From the NCBI GenBank assembly GCA_963745075.1, contig CAVUWV010000021.1, forward strand, positions 1 to 64,000: DNA of 64,000 nucleotides, given 5' to 3'. Position numbers and translations under genes: made by a program. Shown here in pieces: positions 22,215 through 32,179 of this stretch; the stretch's first letter is position 1, and the number at the start of each line of letters is the position of its first letter. The DNA is from Candidatus Hydrogenedentota bacterium (lineage in GTDB: Bacteria; Hydrogenedentota; Hydrogenedentia; Hydrogenedentales; SLHB01). The notes beneath the pieces are model-generated. The model ran no database searches. It was not told the DNA's origin and worked only from the letters and a program-made list of their open reading frames with translations.

Positions 22215-23720
22215 ATGACCGCTGACAAATGGGGCATCACCGCCGTCTTTATTCTCTATCTGCTCGCCATGCTCGGCATTGGCGGTTTTTTCTTTCGCCG
22301 TAGTGAAGACCTCTCCGATTACTTCCTCGGCGACCGCAAACTGAACCGGTGGGTCACCTCTCTGAGCGCGCAGGCCTCCGACATGAGTGGATGGCTCCTC
22401 CTCGGACTTCCGGGCGCGGCCTACGCTTCGGGGTTATCGGCCTCCTGGATCGCCATCGGGTTGCTTATCGGCACCTACCTCAATTGGCGGCTCGTTGCGC
22501 AGCGTCTGCGAAAGTACACCGGTGTATCCGACGACATCATCACCCTTACCGACTACCTCGAGTATCGCTTCCGCGATGATTCGCACCTGTTGCGGCTGGT
22601 CGCCGCCGTATTTATCGTCGTCTTCTTCTTGCTGTACACGTCGTCCGGGTTTGTAGCCAGCGCGAAGCTGTTTAGTACGGTCTTCGGATTTCCTTATGTA
22701 GGTGCGCTTCTGGTCGGTGTCGTGGTGGTCGTGTCATACACGTTTCTGGGCGGATTCAACGCCGTGTGTTGGACCGACCTGTTTCAGGGAATCCTCATGT
22801 TATTCGCCATCCTCGTCGTCCCGATGGTCGCGCTGGGCGTCGAGGGCGGGCTCGGATCCGTCCTGGACAAGTTGACGACGGTCGACACAAACTTTCTCAG
22901 CATGTTCCCCGCGGAAGGATCATCAACCGGCTTCCTGTTGTTCATTGGCATCGTTTCATCCATGGCGTGGGGCTTGGGTTACTTCGGTCAACCCCACATT
23001 CTGGTGCGGTTCATGGCCATTCGATCGCCCGATCTGATTGCCGGCGCACGCCGCATCGCCATCGGCTGGGTGACTTTGGCACTCGCGGGCGCCATGGCGG
23101 TGGGAATGATCGGCAGGGCCTATGTGTCGCCCACCCTCGCGGGCTCCGACGCCGAGCACGTGTTCATGGAAATGGTCGGCGGCATGTTTCCTTCATTGAT
23201 TGCCGGCGTGCTGCTGGCGGCGATCCTGGCCGCCATCATGAGTACGGCCGATTCACAGCTTCTCGTGACCGCTTCGGCGATCACGGAAGACGTATACCGG
23301 CTCTTCCTTCGCCCGAATGCAAGCCAACGAGAACTGGTCTGGGTCAGCCGCGCCACCGTTGTTGCCGTGGCTGGTATCGCCCTTCTGCTCGCCCTCGACC
23401 CCGAGAGTTCCGTGCTCGAACTGGTCGCCTACGCCTGGGCGGGGTTCGGAGCTGCATTCGGTCCGGTTATTCTCTTGTCGCTCTTCTGGAAACGCATGAC
23501 GCGCCTGGGCGCGCTCGCCGGCATCGTCGTGGGCGGCGTAACGGTGCTCATCTGGCGGCATCTCGAAGGCGGCGTATTTGACCTTTACGAGATCGTTCCG
23601 GGCTTTGCCCTCGCCGTGTGCGCCATCCTCATCGCGAGCCTGCTGAGTCCCGAACCCGGGCCGAACATTACAAACGAATTCGAATCGGTCTTGGGATCGA
23701 AGGAGCGAGAAACCGCTTAG
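22215..23720 (+). CDS. putP: Sodium/proline symporter
   Basis: 'LSAQASDMSGWLLLGLPG', 'WGLGYFGQPHILVRFM', 'AAIMSTADSQLL', 'YAWAGFGAAFGP', 'LYEIVPGF'. Confidence 0.93.
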   Translation: MTADKWGITAVFILYLLAMLGIGGFFFRRSEDLSDYFLGDRKLNRWVTSLSAQASDMSGWLLLGLPGAAYASGLSASWIAIGLLIGTYLNWRLVAQRLRKYTGVSDDIITLTDYLEYRFRDDSHLLRLVAAVFIVVFFLLYTSSGFVASAKLFSTVFGFPYVGALLVGVVVVVSYTFLGGFNAVCWTDLFQGILMLFAILVVPMVALGVEGGLGSVLDKLTTVDTNFLSMFPAEGSSTGFLLFIGIVSSMAWGLGYFGQPHILVRFMAIRSPDLIAGARRIAIGWVTLALAGAMAVGMIGRAYVSPTLAGSDAEHVFMEMVGGMFPSLIAGVLLAAILAAIMSTADSQLLVTASAITEDVYRLFLRPNASQRELVWVSRATVVAVAGIALLLALDPESSVLELVAYAWAGFGAAFGPVILLSLFWKRMTRLGALAGIVVGGVTVLIWRHLEGGVFDLYEIVPGFALAVCAILIASLLSPEPGPNITNEFESVLGSKERETA

Positions 23721-23808
23721 CGGGCTGTAAATTTCGCGGCAGGACACGTGGCCGGGATGGCGGCCTTTATAAGGCAAATCGCTCCACTCGGGCCTTACAA
23801 AAATTGTA

Positions 23809-23842
23809 CGGGCGCGGGAACCCTTCACAGTTCCCGCGCCCG
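23809..23842. terminator. Hairpin between convergent putP and htrA
   Basis: cgggcgcgggaac / gttcccgcgcccg 13-bp stem. Confidence 0.65.
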
Positions 23843-23878
23843 GATAACACCAACGTAGGAGAGCGTTGGCAGTTTGGG

Positions 23879-25378
23879 TTATTTGATCGCGACGTAGCGC
23901 GAACCGTTCTCGTCTTCGACGCGCAGCAGGGTCCCGCGATTGTCGCTGCCTTTCTCCATGGCCGCGCGGAACTGTTCCACGTTGGCTACCGGCTCACGAT
24001 TCACCTCGGTGATCAACATGCCGGGTTGCAGCCCCGCCATGGCCGCCGCCGAACCGCGCGCCACCTCACTGATGACGACACCCGTCTTGTTCTCATATCC
24101 CAGTTGCTGGGCGATGTCGCCATTCAGGTTTTCGATTCCGATCCCGAGCTTGTGCCCATGCGCTTCGGGCTGCATCTTACCGCTCGGGGTCATTTCGTTG
24201 TCCTTCATCGTGCCGATGGTGACTTCCTTGTCCATCTTCTTGCCGTCACGGACGATCGTCAAATCAACCGTCTTACCGGCTGGCGTCGTCGCGATATGAC
24301 TGCGGAACGAACCAGCCTCGGTGACCGGATTGCCGTCGTAGGCGACGATCACGTCGTCCTTCTGCAGACCCGCTTTCGCGGCCGGTGTATCGGGCACGAC
24401 CGAAGCCACCAGTACGCCCTGGCTTTGATTCACGTTGAACCATTTGGCCAAGTCCGGCGTCAGGTTCTGGATTCCGATGCCCAGGAATCCGCGCGAAACC
24501 GTACCGTTTTGACGAAGCTGATTGACGACGTACTTCACCATGTTTACGGGGATCGCAAAACCAATTCCCATGCTGCCGCCCGTCCGGCTCAGGATCGCCG
24601 TATTCATGCCGATCACTTCACCGTTCAGATCCAACAGCGGTCCGCCCGAATTACCCGGGTTGATCGCGGCGTCGGTCTGGATGAAGTCTTCGTAGTTGAC
24701 GATACCGACTTCACCGCGCCCGCGCGCGCTCACGATGCCCGCGCTGACCGTCTCCTCGAGTCCGAACGGACTACCGATGGCGACTACCCACTCACCGACC
24801 TTGATGGCGTCGGAGTCACCGAGGGGCAACGAAGGCAGATTCTTCGCGTCGATCTTGATCAACGCGACTTCCGTTTGCGGGTCCGTGCCGACAACTTGTG
24901 CGTCAAATTGGCGGCCGTCATTCAGCGTCACTTCGACGACGTCCGCACTGTCGACCACATGATTGTTCGTCACGATGTACCCATCCGGCGAAATGATGAA
25001 GCCGGTACCTTCACCATACGGAATCGGCTCACCACCCGGTGCCGGAGCGCTCGGTCCGCGCATACCCGGCATGCCCTGTCCGAAGAAACGCTCGAACAGA
25101 TCGCCGGGATCGATCGGACCGCTCGAGGGGTGTACGTCGCGCGAAAAGTCCTTCTTCACGCGAATCGCGACAACGGCCGGCGAAGCGTCGGCCGAAAGCT
25201 TCACAAAAGCGTCGCTTAAACTATTCAGGTTCGACTTTGACAATGCTGCGGCCGTACTGCCTTCGGTCTGCGCCTTCACCGGCGCAGACGAAATCAGACT
25301 CGGGACCGCCGCGACAAGCCCAATCGCCACCACGGCGATCAGGGCCGATTTGAACTTATGTGCACTCAGGTAGCTCAT
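23879..25378 (-). CDS. HtrA/DegP/DegQ serine protease with two PDZ domains
   Basis: 'TNNHVV', 'IQTDAAINPGNSGGPL', two PDZ domains; signal peptide after ATG 25378. Confidence 0.93.
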   Translation of the reverse strand: MSYLSAHKFKSALIAVVAIGLVAAVPSLISSAPVKAQTEGSTAAALSKSNLNSLSDAFVKLSADASPAVVAIRVKKDFSRDVHPSSGPIDPGDLFERFFGQGMPGMRGPSAPAPGGEPIPYGEGTGFIISPDGYIVTNNHVVDSADVVEVTLNDGRQFDAQVVGTDPQTEVALIKIDAKNLPSLPLGDSDAIKVGEWVVAIGSPFGLEETVSAGIVSARGRGEVGIVNYEDFIQTDAAINPGNSGGPLLDLNGEVIGMNTAILSRTGGSMGIGFAIPVNMVKYVVNQLRQNGTVSRGFLGIGIQNLTPDLAKWFNVNQSQGVLVASVVPDTPAAKAGLQKDDVIVAYDGNPVTEAGSFRSHIATTPAGKTVDLTIVRDGKKMDKEVTIGTMKDNEMTPSGKMQPEAHGHKLGIGIENLNGDIAQQLGYENKTGVVISEVARGSAAAMAGLQPGMLITEVNREPVANVEQFRAAMEKGSDNRGTLLRVEDENGSRYVAIK

Positions 25379-25701
25379 GGGGCCACTCCTTTCTTGACAA
25401 CGAGATTCGCTTACTCGGGATCCAGCCAACCTGCGCAGTCTTGGTCTGGTCCACAGAAAGGGAACCGCAACCCCCATGCCGATATTCAGAAACTAATCAT
25501 AAGATGCTGCCTGAAAGGTATTTAGACGGAAATCACCGTCGTACTTCCCGGACGTTGGCACCCGAGTTGAGGCCCGTGAATCCTGATGTGCGGCACGAAT
25601 CCACGCGATCTTCATCGCGAGATTTTGGCCGTTTCTCTTCCGCAATATCCGGTCAGCGCAATTCGACGACCAAATCCGTGACCATCACGTTCGCCGGTAG
25701 T

Positions 25702-26514
25702 TTATTCCGCCGTACGTAGCACCCGGAACCCGAAGAAGTTGCTAGACCCAGGTAGATAGCTGGCGCGGGCTGCCGACCGATGGAGGTTTAAGAAAGGGGG
25801 GCTTTCAAACGCCGCCCCACGCACGATGCGGTTGACTCCTGAATCAGGCCCCAGCGGATTCGTGACCGGTTCAACGGAACTCGCCTCGTAGTAGTCACCT
25901 CCATACCAGTCCTGGCACCATTCCCAAAGGTTGCCACTCATGTCGTACAATCCCCAGTCATTCGGCAACTTCTCACCGACCGGGTGCGGGACACCTCCGC
26001 TGTTCGAGGAATGCCAGGCATAGTTGTCGATTTCCGTCGCGTTCGGATCGTCTCCCCAGTAGAACCGGGCCGATTCACCTGCCCGGCACGCATACTCCCA
26101 TTCCGCCTCAGTCGGCAATCGGTACAGGGCCGTCGCCTTCGCATAGTTGAGGTAGAGAAGAAAGAGTCGAACATCTTCCCAAGTCACCGAATCGACGGGA
26201 TTGTCCGCCCCCGGATAGTTGGAGGGGTTTGCCCCCATCACCGCTTCCCATTGGGCTTGCGTGACCTCGTATTTCGATAGCCAGAACCCTTCCGAGATGG
26301 TTACGGCATGCAAAGTCTCGTCATTTGTGTGACCTACCTCATCCGGCGGGCTCCCCATCAGAAACGTCCCGGGTGGACACCACTGAAACTCAATCCCATC
26401 GAAGGTCCGCGTATCGCCCGCCTCGGGCGGCCCTAAGAAGAAGGGACACCCGGACAACACGCCCAGGACGACCACACCAACTACGACCGGGATAACTCGA
26501 TGAACCGCACGCAT
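25702..26514 (-). CDS. FGE-sulfatase domain lipoprotein (paralog of 14925)
   Basis: Lipobox LSG-CP; 'RLPTEAEWEYACRAG', 'GLYDMSGNLWEWC', terminal 'GFRV'. Confidence 0.9.
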   Translation of the reverse strand: MRAVHRVIPVVVGVVVLGVLSGCPFFLGPPEAGDTRTFDGIEFQWCPPGTFLMGSPPDEVGHTNDETLHAVTISEGFWLSKYEVTQAQWEAVMGANPSNYPGADNPVDSVTWEDVRLFLLYLNYAKATALYRLPTEAEWEYACRAGESARFYWGDDPNATEIDNYAWHSSNSGGVPHPVGEKLPNDWGLYDMSGNLWEWCQDWYGGDYYEASSVEPVTNPLGPDSGVNRIVRGAAFESPPFLNLHRSAARASYLPGSSNFFGFRVLRTAE

Positions 26515-26949
26515 AACAAAACTCCTTCCCATGGTTAGGAAGGGCAAAACTGCACTGCGCCCTCTCGTTTGCGATAACAGTCGACTCGCACCCTGCAGCG
26601 AGTCAAAGATGATACATAGAACAGTACACAAACAGCCCTTGCTTCTTCCTTCTATCACACATGCAGAATACATGCAAAGTCCCGCCGCCGGATATACACA
26701 CACTGCACTATTTAAGGCTTTTACAATTCATCCAAAACCTATTTGCCCAACAAACCCGCAATTCGAGCGGGAGAGACCCGTGGCCAGCCCCCTTTTTGAA
26801 TCCGAGGACCACAAGGCGCAAGCGAAGAAACCCGCCACTCGGAAATTCTCGCCAACTGAATGGCAAAACCTGCCGAATCCTCCGCGGTGTCGTTCGTACA
26901 ATCTGCACCCAACCATTGATTCGCAGCAACTTACAGACAACCGCCTCCG

Positions 26950-26965
26950 TGGCACGAGGGTTGCT
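26950..26965 (+). promoter_or_regulatory. Sigma-54 (RpoN) -24/-12 promoter of the flagellar operon
   Basis: TGGCACG-AGGG-TTGCT is an exact match to TGGCACG-N4-TTGCW, ~110 bp upstream of flgB. Confidence 0.85.
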
Positions 26966-27074
26966 CCCCATTTCGAGACGGAGAGTCTCTGACGGAGAAT
27001 CTCACAGTTTGTAGCCGGGGCGGTCCTGGCCGGCCGTCCCGGCTCGATGAAATAGCGCATCAGGAGATAAATCA

Positions 27075-27467
27075 GTGGCATTTGCGGGGGTTGACACGGT
27101 CACCTTATTGACCGAAGGGATGAAGGTTGCGGTGCGCAACCAGGCGCTCATCGCCAATAACATCGCCAATGCGGACACCCCCAAGTACAATCCAACTCGC
27201 CTGGATTTTCAGACGAGTTTGCGAGATGCCCTCGGGGGGCGAGGCCGCGTCGAACTCCGCACGACCCAGGCCCGCCACCTCGAAGCAACTCGCGAAATGC
27301 CCCGGTTTGAACGTCTTGCGCTTTCGTCGAAAAATGATTACAATAAGGTCGATTTAGAGCAGGAAATGGCTGATTTGGCAGAAAATACCGGAAGGTATAC
27401 AACATATAGTAGCCTGCTGGCCAAACATTTCCGCGAAGTCAAGGATATGTTGTCTACCTTGCGCTAA
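27075..27467 (+). CDS. flgB: Flagellar basal-body rod protein FlgB
   Basis: 'LIANNIANADTP', 'NKVDLEQEMA'. Confidence 0.93.
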   Translation: MAFAGVDTVTLLTEGMKVAVRNQALIANNIANADTPKYNPTRLDFQTSLRDALGGRGRVELRTTQARHLEATREMPRFERLALSSKNDYNKVDLEQEMADLAENTGRYTTYSSLLAKHFREVKDMLSTLR

Positions 27468-27483
27468 ACCACAGTGGGGTAAT

Positions 27484-27903
27484 ATGTTAGAGGCGGTTTC
27501 CGCACGCGATATCGCGGTCAGCGGCCTTCGGGCGCAGCGGACGCGCATGAACGTCATCGCGCAGAACATCGCCAATGCCATGTCGCCCGTCACGGCGAAA
27601 GGCGGGGCGTTTCGGCGGCAGATGGCCATTCTTTCCGCTAACCAAATCGGCCCCGGGACTGCGCCGGACAAATTCGGCGTATCCGTCAAACGAATTGCCA
27701 CGGACCCGTCGCCGTTGCGCCGCGTTTACGAGCCGGACAACCCCTACGCGAACGAGGATGGCTACGTGGAGTATCCGAACGTCGACCTATCAGTGGAAAT
27801 GGTGGACTTGGTTTCGGCCCAACGGGCGTACGAAGCCAACGTCGCCGTCGTGGTATCGGACAAGCGAATCACACAGAAAGCCCTGGACATTCTTCAGGCC
27901 TAG
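27484..27903 (+). CDS. flgC: Flagellar basal-body rod protein FlgC
   Basis: 'SGLRAQRTRMNVIAQNIANA', 'GYVEYPNV..EMVDLVSAQRAYEAN'. Confidence 0.95.
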   Translation: MLEAVSARDIAVSGLRAQRTRMNVIAQNIANAMSPVTAKGGAFRRQMAILSANQIGPGTAPDKFGVSVKRIATDPSPLRRVYEPDNPYANEDGYVEYPNVDLSVEMVDLVSAQRAYEANVAVVVSDKRITQKALDILQA

Positions 27904-27914
27904 AGTGAGCGAAC

Positions 27915-28235
27915 ATGAGTGAGCCCTTCAAAATTGGCGGCATCAACCCTCAACGGATCGAAGTCGATCCGTCCCAGATGCGAACCGCCAAGCCCCAGCC
28001 GTCATCAACGGAAGGGAAGTCCTTCAAGGACGTGCTCGCCGAAACCGTTGGGGAAGTCGAACGCCTGCAAAACGAGGCGGACACCACCATCAAAAAACTC
28101 GTCGCCGGCGAAATCAAGGATGTAACCCAAGCCGTCGTCGCGGTCGAAAAGGCCGACGTGTCTTTCCAGACCATGATGGCCGTTCGCAATAAGATTGTCG
28201 CAGCCTACGAAGAGATTATGCGCATGCAAGTGTAA
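27915..28235 (+). CDS. fliE: Flagellar hook-basal body protein FliE
   Basis: 'EKADVSFQTMMAVRNKIVAAYEEIMRMQV'. Confidence 0.95.
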   Translation: MSEPFKIGGINPQRIEVDPSQMRTAKPQPSSTEGKSFKDVLAETVGEVERLQNEADTTIKKLVAGEIKDVTQAVVAVEKADVSFQTMMAVRNKIVAAYEEIMRMQV

Positions 28236-28288
28236 CGCGGGGATCGGGACGGCCAGCCCGCCTCCGCATAACAGGGGATGAAAGGTCT

Positions 28289-28747
28289 GTGAGGATTCTC
28301 CGTCAACTCGCGGCAGTCGCTCGAACATGGTGGCGCGTATTGCCACTGTGCGATCGGCGGCGTTGCGTGCTCGTCTCACTCCTGGTGCCGATGGCGGCAC
28401 TGGCAGCGTATCACGCGAGGCCCCGGCCGATGGAAATTCCATCCAAGCTGGCGCCCATGGCGTTGGAACTGACTGCTCGGGAGACGGATGCGTTTTGTAC
28501 GTATCTACAATCGAGACGAGTTCCTTTTGAGATTCGGAACGGTGGGCAGACTATTCTGGTGCCGGCCGACCGACGCGCGGAGTTGACAGTTGAGTTGACC
28601 CAGATCGCTGCCCGCCGCGGCACCACTCCCCCTGATTGGCGAATGCTTGTCGTACCCGGCGCGGACTGGACCTTGCGGGACACCGGTTCGTTGCCGTTGG
28701 AAGGGGACCGCCGTGTCCCGGCGCAAGATACGGCGGCCCGCGAATGA
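28289..28747 (+). CDS. Truncated FliF paralog (N-terminal helix + first ring-building motif only)
   Basis: Aligns by eye to the first ~105 aa of the downstream FliF: MRILRQL/MEFLRQL and VPFEIRNGGQTILVPADRR/VPYKVDSAGQAIQVPISDR. Confidence 0.65.
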   Translation: MRILRQLAAVARTWWRVLPLCDRRRCVLVSLLVPMAALAAYHARPRPMEIPSKLAPMALELTARETDAFCTYLQSRRVPFEIRNGGQTILVPADRRAELTVELTQIAARRGTTPPDWRMLVVPGADWTLRDTGSLPLEGDRRVPAQDTAARE

Positions 28748-28889
28748 TCGGGGCGGATCATCGCAGATGCAGACCGTTTGGCAAACTCTGGGAGCAACGC
28801 GCATAAGGCGCCGCATCGCAGAAAGGAACCAGACCCGGTAGGCCCGCCCCAAAGGGCGCACCGGCGTCACGGAACGAAAGGCTTTAGCT

Positions 28890-30452
28890 GTGGAATTCTT
28901 GCGCCAACTTTGGGACGGGATCGCCCAGGCGTGGCAACGCCTCTCCACCAGCGCGCGGGTTAATATCGGGCTCGCCTTCATCTTCACCATCATCATCGTC
29001 GGCGGCATGGTGTTTTTGGGGAGCCGTCCCCAATACGTCACCCTATTCGACGGGCTCGGGCCCGAGGACATGGTCGCCATCCAGGGGCAACTCGACGACG
29101 ACAACGTCCCGTACAAAGTCGATAGCGCCGGCCAGGCTATCCAGGTTCCCATCAGCGACCGAAGCCGGATGCGCGTCAAACTTCTGGCCTCCGGCGTTCC
29201 CAAAACGCAAGGGACGCTCCCTGGATTTGAATCGCTCGGCGCATCCAATTTCATGCAAAACCAGTTCTCCCAGGAGAAAGGGTACCAAATCGCCCTCATG
29301 GGCCAGCTCCAGCGCTTATTGAACGAATTCAGCTTCGTGGACAAGTCGTTCGTCCAGATTACCGAAGCAAAAGAAGAGATCTTTTCCGAGTCCCAGACCC
29401 CTTCCGAAGCCACGGTTACCTTGAAAGTGAACCGTCCCTTGAAGGAGGAAGACATCAAAGCCGTGCTGGGCTGTATCAGCACCTTCGGCGGGGCGAACCT
29501 CACGCGTGACAACATCAACCTCGTCACCGTGGACGGTCGCGTCCTGAATGCGCCGTCAGAAGACGACTTCGATACCATCGCCAATTCCCGCCTCGCGTAC
29601 ATGAAGAACTACAAGACCGCCCTCGAAAAAAGCGCGGAAGACGCATTGAAACAGATCGGCGTGCGGAGCGTAGTCCGCGTAAGCCTGGACATCGATCAAA
29701 GCAGCACCAAAGAGCGTAGCGAAAAGGTGGAAACCGGCGCGGTGGTGAGCAGTCTATCCACCGAGTCGGAAACCGAGACGACGGAGAACCTCCCGGAAGG
29801 CCCTACCGGCGCGCGAGCCAACCTCCCGGCTGAGGCGCCCGCCCCAGGCGGAACCGGGACCCATCAAACGGAAAGTGAGACGCTCGAGAATTTCGAACCA
29901 TCGCGCACGACCATTGAAAAAGTCACCACCCCCGGCGACGCCGAGGTCACCCGCGTAACGGCTATCGTGGAAGGGCGTTACGAAGACGAGACAAACGCGG
30001 ACGGCGAAAAAACCGGCGAAAAAACCTACGTGGAACGCTCGAACGACGAAATCGACACCTATAAAGAGTTGGTCGCGGCAGCCGTCGGCGTGACCGACGA
30101 CAACATCGAAGTGCGGGACCATCCCTTTGAACTGGAACAGCTTGCCGCCGCAACGACCGCCTTCGACCGCGTCGAAACCGCGGCATGGACCAGCACTCTG
30201 TTAGAATGGGGTGGGAATGTATTGAAGGTCGCGCTCGTCATCGTGCTCTTTTTCATCTTGCGGCGTCTCCTGATGCGGGCGGCAGTTCGACAGGACTTGG
30301 TTAAAGAAGACCTCGATTTGGAAATCCAGCGTGCGACTCCCGAAGAGCGCCGCCGCCAGGAAATCGCGCAGGAAGTCGAACGCGTTTCAGAAGACCAGCC
30401 GGAAGCGGTGGCCTCCTTGCTGCGCACCTGGCTGAGCGAGTCCGAGGAGTAG
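28890..30452 (+). CDS. fliF: Flagellar MS-ring protein FliF
   Basis: Two TM helices, ring-building motifs, C-terminal 'PEAVASLLRTWLSE'; position before fliG. Confidence 0.92.
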   Translation: MEFLRQLWDGIAQAWQRLSTSARVNIGLAFIFTIIIVGGMVFLGSRPQYVTLFDGLGPEDMVAIQGQLDDDNVPYKVDSAGQAIQVPISDRSRMRVKLLASGVPKTQGTLPGFESLGASNFMQNQFSQEKGYQIALMGQLQRLLNEFSFVDKSFVQITEAKEEIFSESQTPSEATVTLKVNRPLKEEDIKAVLGCISTFGGANLTRDNINLVTVDGRVLNAPSEDDFDTIANSRLAYMKNYKTALEKSAEDALKQIGVRSVVRVSLDIDQSSTKERSEKVETGAVVSSLSTESETETTENLPEGPTGARANLPAEAPAPGGTGTHQTESETLENFEPSRTTIEKVTTPGDAEVTRVTAIVEGRYEDETNADGEKTGEKTYVERSNDEIDTYKELVAAAVGVTDDNIEVRDHPFELEQLAAATTAFDRVETAAWTSTLLEWGGNVLKVALVIVLFFILRRLLMRAAVRQDLVKEDLDLEIQRATPEERRRQEIAQEVERVSEDQPEAVASLLRTWLSESEE

Positions 30453-30477
30453 AACGACGGCTAATCCGCACAAACAA

Positions 30478-31482
30478 GTGATGAATCTGGATGGCCGGAC
30501 CAAAGCGGCTATCTTCCTGGCGTGCCTGGGCCCCCAGGTGGCGAGCAAGGTCATGTCCAAGCTGAGCGAGGAAGAGATCGAGCAGCTTACGCTCGACCTG
30601 TCCAGCTTGGGCTCCGTGGAACCCGAAGTCCGCGAGTCGATCATCGAAGAGTTCCATCAAATGTACGTGGCCAACCGCTACGTCACCGCCGGCGGCATCG
30701 AATACGCGCGCCACGTGCTGGAAACCGCCCTCGGTCCCGAGCGAGCCCTCGAGATCTTGACCCGGCTCCAGAGCAGCCTCCAGGAAGTGCCCTTCGAATT
30801 CCTCAAACGCGCGGACCCGTCCCAGATTTGCACGTTTATCCAGGACGAACACCCCCAAACGATCGCGCTGATCCTGGCTCACCTCGCGCCGAACGTCGGA
30901 AGCGTGGTGCTTTCCGCGCTGCCTCAGGAAATTCGGGCGGACGTTGTACTGCGGATCGCCTCGATGGATCGCACCCCGCCGGAAATCGTGCGGGAAGTCG
31001 AGCGCGTGCTCGAACGCAAGATGGCCTCCGTATTCAGCCAAGGGTTCACCTTCGCCGGTGGCGTCAAAGAAGTCGCAGAGATCCTCAACAGCATCGACCG
31101 CGGCACCGAAAAATCGATCATGGCCGATCTCGAAGAGCGGGATCCGGAACTCGCCGACGAGATCGCCCGGCTCATGTTCACCTTCGACGATCTCATTCAC
31201 GTCGACGACAGCGGAATCCAGAAGGCCCTGCGTGAAATCGAACAACGCGATCTTGCGCTGGCGCTGAAAACCGCCAACGAGGACCTGAGCGAGAAAATTC
31301 TGCACAACATGTCCGAACGTGCACGCGAAATGATTAAGGAAGAAATGGAGTATATGGGTCCCGTACGGCTGCGGACGGTCGAGGAAGCGCAGCAGAAGAT
31401 CGTAAGCGTTATCCGTCGACTGGAAGAATCCGGCGACATCGTCATTTCTCGCGGGGGCGGTACGGACGAGATTGTCGTTTAG
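30478..31482 (+). CDS. fliG: Flagellar motor switch protein FliG
   Basis: 'KAAIFL', 'GGIEYA', 'EHPQTIALIL', 'MFTFDDL', 'NMSERA', 'VEEAQQKIV'. Confidence 0.97.
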   Translation: MMNLDGRTKAAIFLACLGPQVASKVMSKLSEEEIEQLTLDLSSLGSVEPEVRESIIEEFHQMYVANRYVTAGGIEYARHVLETALGPERALEILTRLQSSLQEVPFEFLKRADPSQICTFIQDEHPQTIALILAHLAPNVGSVVLSALPQEIRADVVLRIASMDRTPPEIVREVERVLERKMASVFSQGFTFAGGVKEVAEILNSIDRGTEKSIMADLEERDPELADEIARLMFTFDDLIHVDDSGIQKALREIEQRDLALALKTANEDLSEKILHNMSERAREMIKEEMEYMGPVRLRTVEEAQQKIVSVIRRLEESGDIVISRGGGTDEIVV

Positions 31483-31521
31483 GCTTCTCCGCGCGACAAC
31501 GCGGCCCATCAGAACAGGTAG

Positions 31522-32175
31522 ATGCCGTTGGGCAAAATTATTAAATCAGCCGAGGATAAGGCGACAAACTGTTCTCGCTTCGAGCGCGACACGCTGGAGC
31601 ACTTTGTACGATTGGCTTCCGGCGAGGAAGGCGACCGCATCGACCCAGCTGCCGTTCTCGCCGATCTGCAGGCCGAAGCCGAACAAATTCGGGAAGAAGC
31701 CCGAGAGCAGGGGCTGCAAGAGGGGCTTGCCGAAGGCCGGGAAGCGGCCCAGCTGGAAACCGCGGCGGCGATTCAGGCGCTTGCGGGCGCTGCAGGGGCG
31801 ATCCAACAGTCCCATGATGAATACGTATCGGGAATCGAGCCCGAGGTTCTACGCCTCGTTCGCTACATCGCCGAGCGGATTCTCGACCGCGAAATCCGGG
31901 GGGATCTCGACGTGGTCCGCAGTACCATTCGCGCGGCCCTGAAAAATGTGTTGGAACGCGAACACATCGACCTCCATCTGAATCCCGAAGATGTCAAGGG
32001 CCTCGAAGATGAGGGCATTGATTTAGTAGCCGAACTCAGCAAGTTCGACCACTTGGAAATCGTTCCCGACGAGACCGTCGGCCGCGGAGGATGTGCCGTG
32101 GAAAGCCGCACACTATCCGTCGATGCGCGGTTGGATACACAATTACAACGAATTTTCGAAGCGTTAACGGATTGA
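31522..32175 (+). CDS. fliH: Flagellar assembly protein FliH
   Basis: AxxxG(xxxG)n segment 'AREQGLQEGLAEG'; 'HLNPED', 'GGCAVES..VDA'. Confidence 0.9.
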   Translation: MPLGKIIKSAEDKATNCSRFERDTLEHFVRLASGEEGDRIDPAAVLADLQAEAEQIREEAREQGLQEGLAEGREAAQLETAAAIQALAGAAGAIQQSHDEYVSGIEPEVLRLVRYIAERILDREIRGDLDVVRSTIRAALKNVLEREHIDLHLNPEDVKGLEDEGIDLVAELSKFDHLEIVPDETVGRGGCAVESRTLSVDARLDTQLQRIFEALTD

Positions 32176-32179
32176 TACC

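Noticed and set aside
26520..27074. c-di-GMP riboswitch upstream of the flagellar operon
   Set aside because: GGCAAA occurs, but the GNRA-capped P2 and GACGCAAA elements could not be found.
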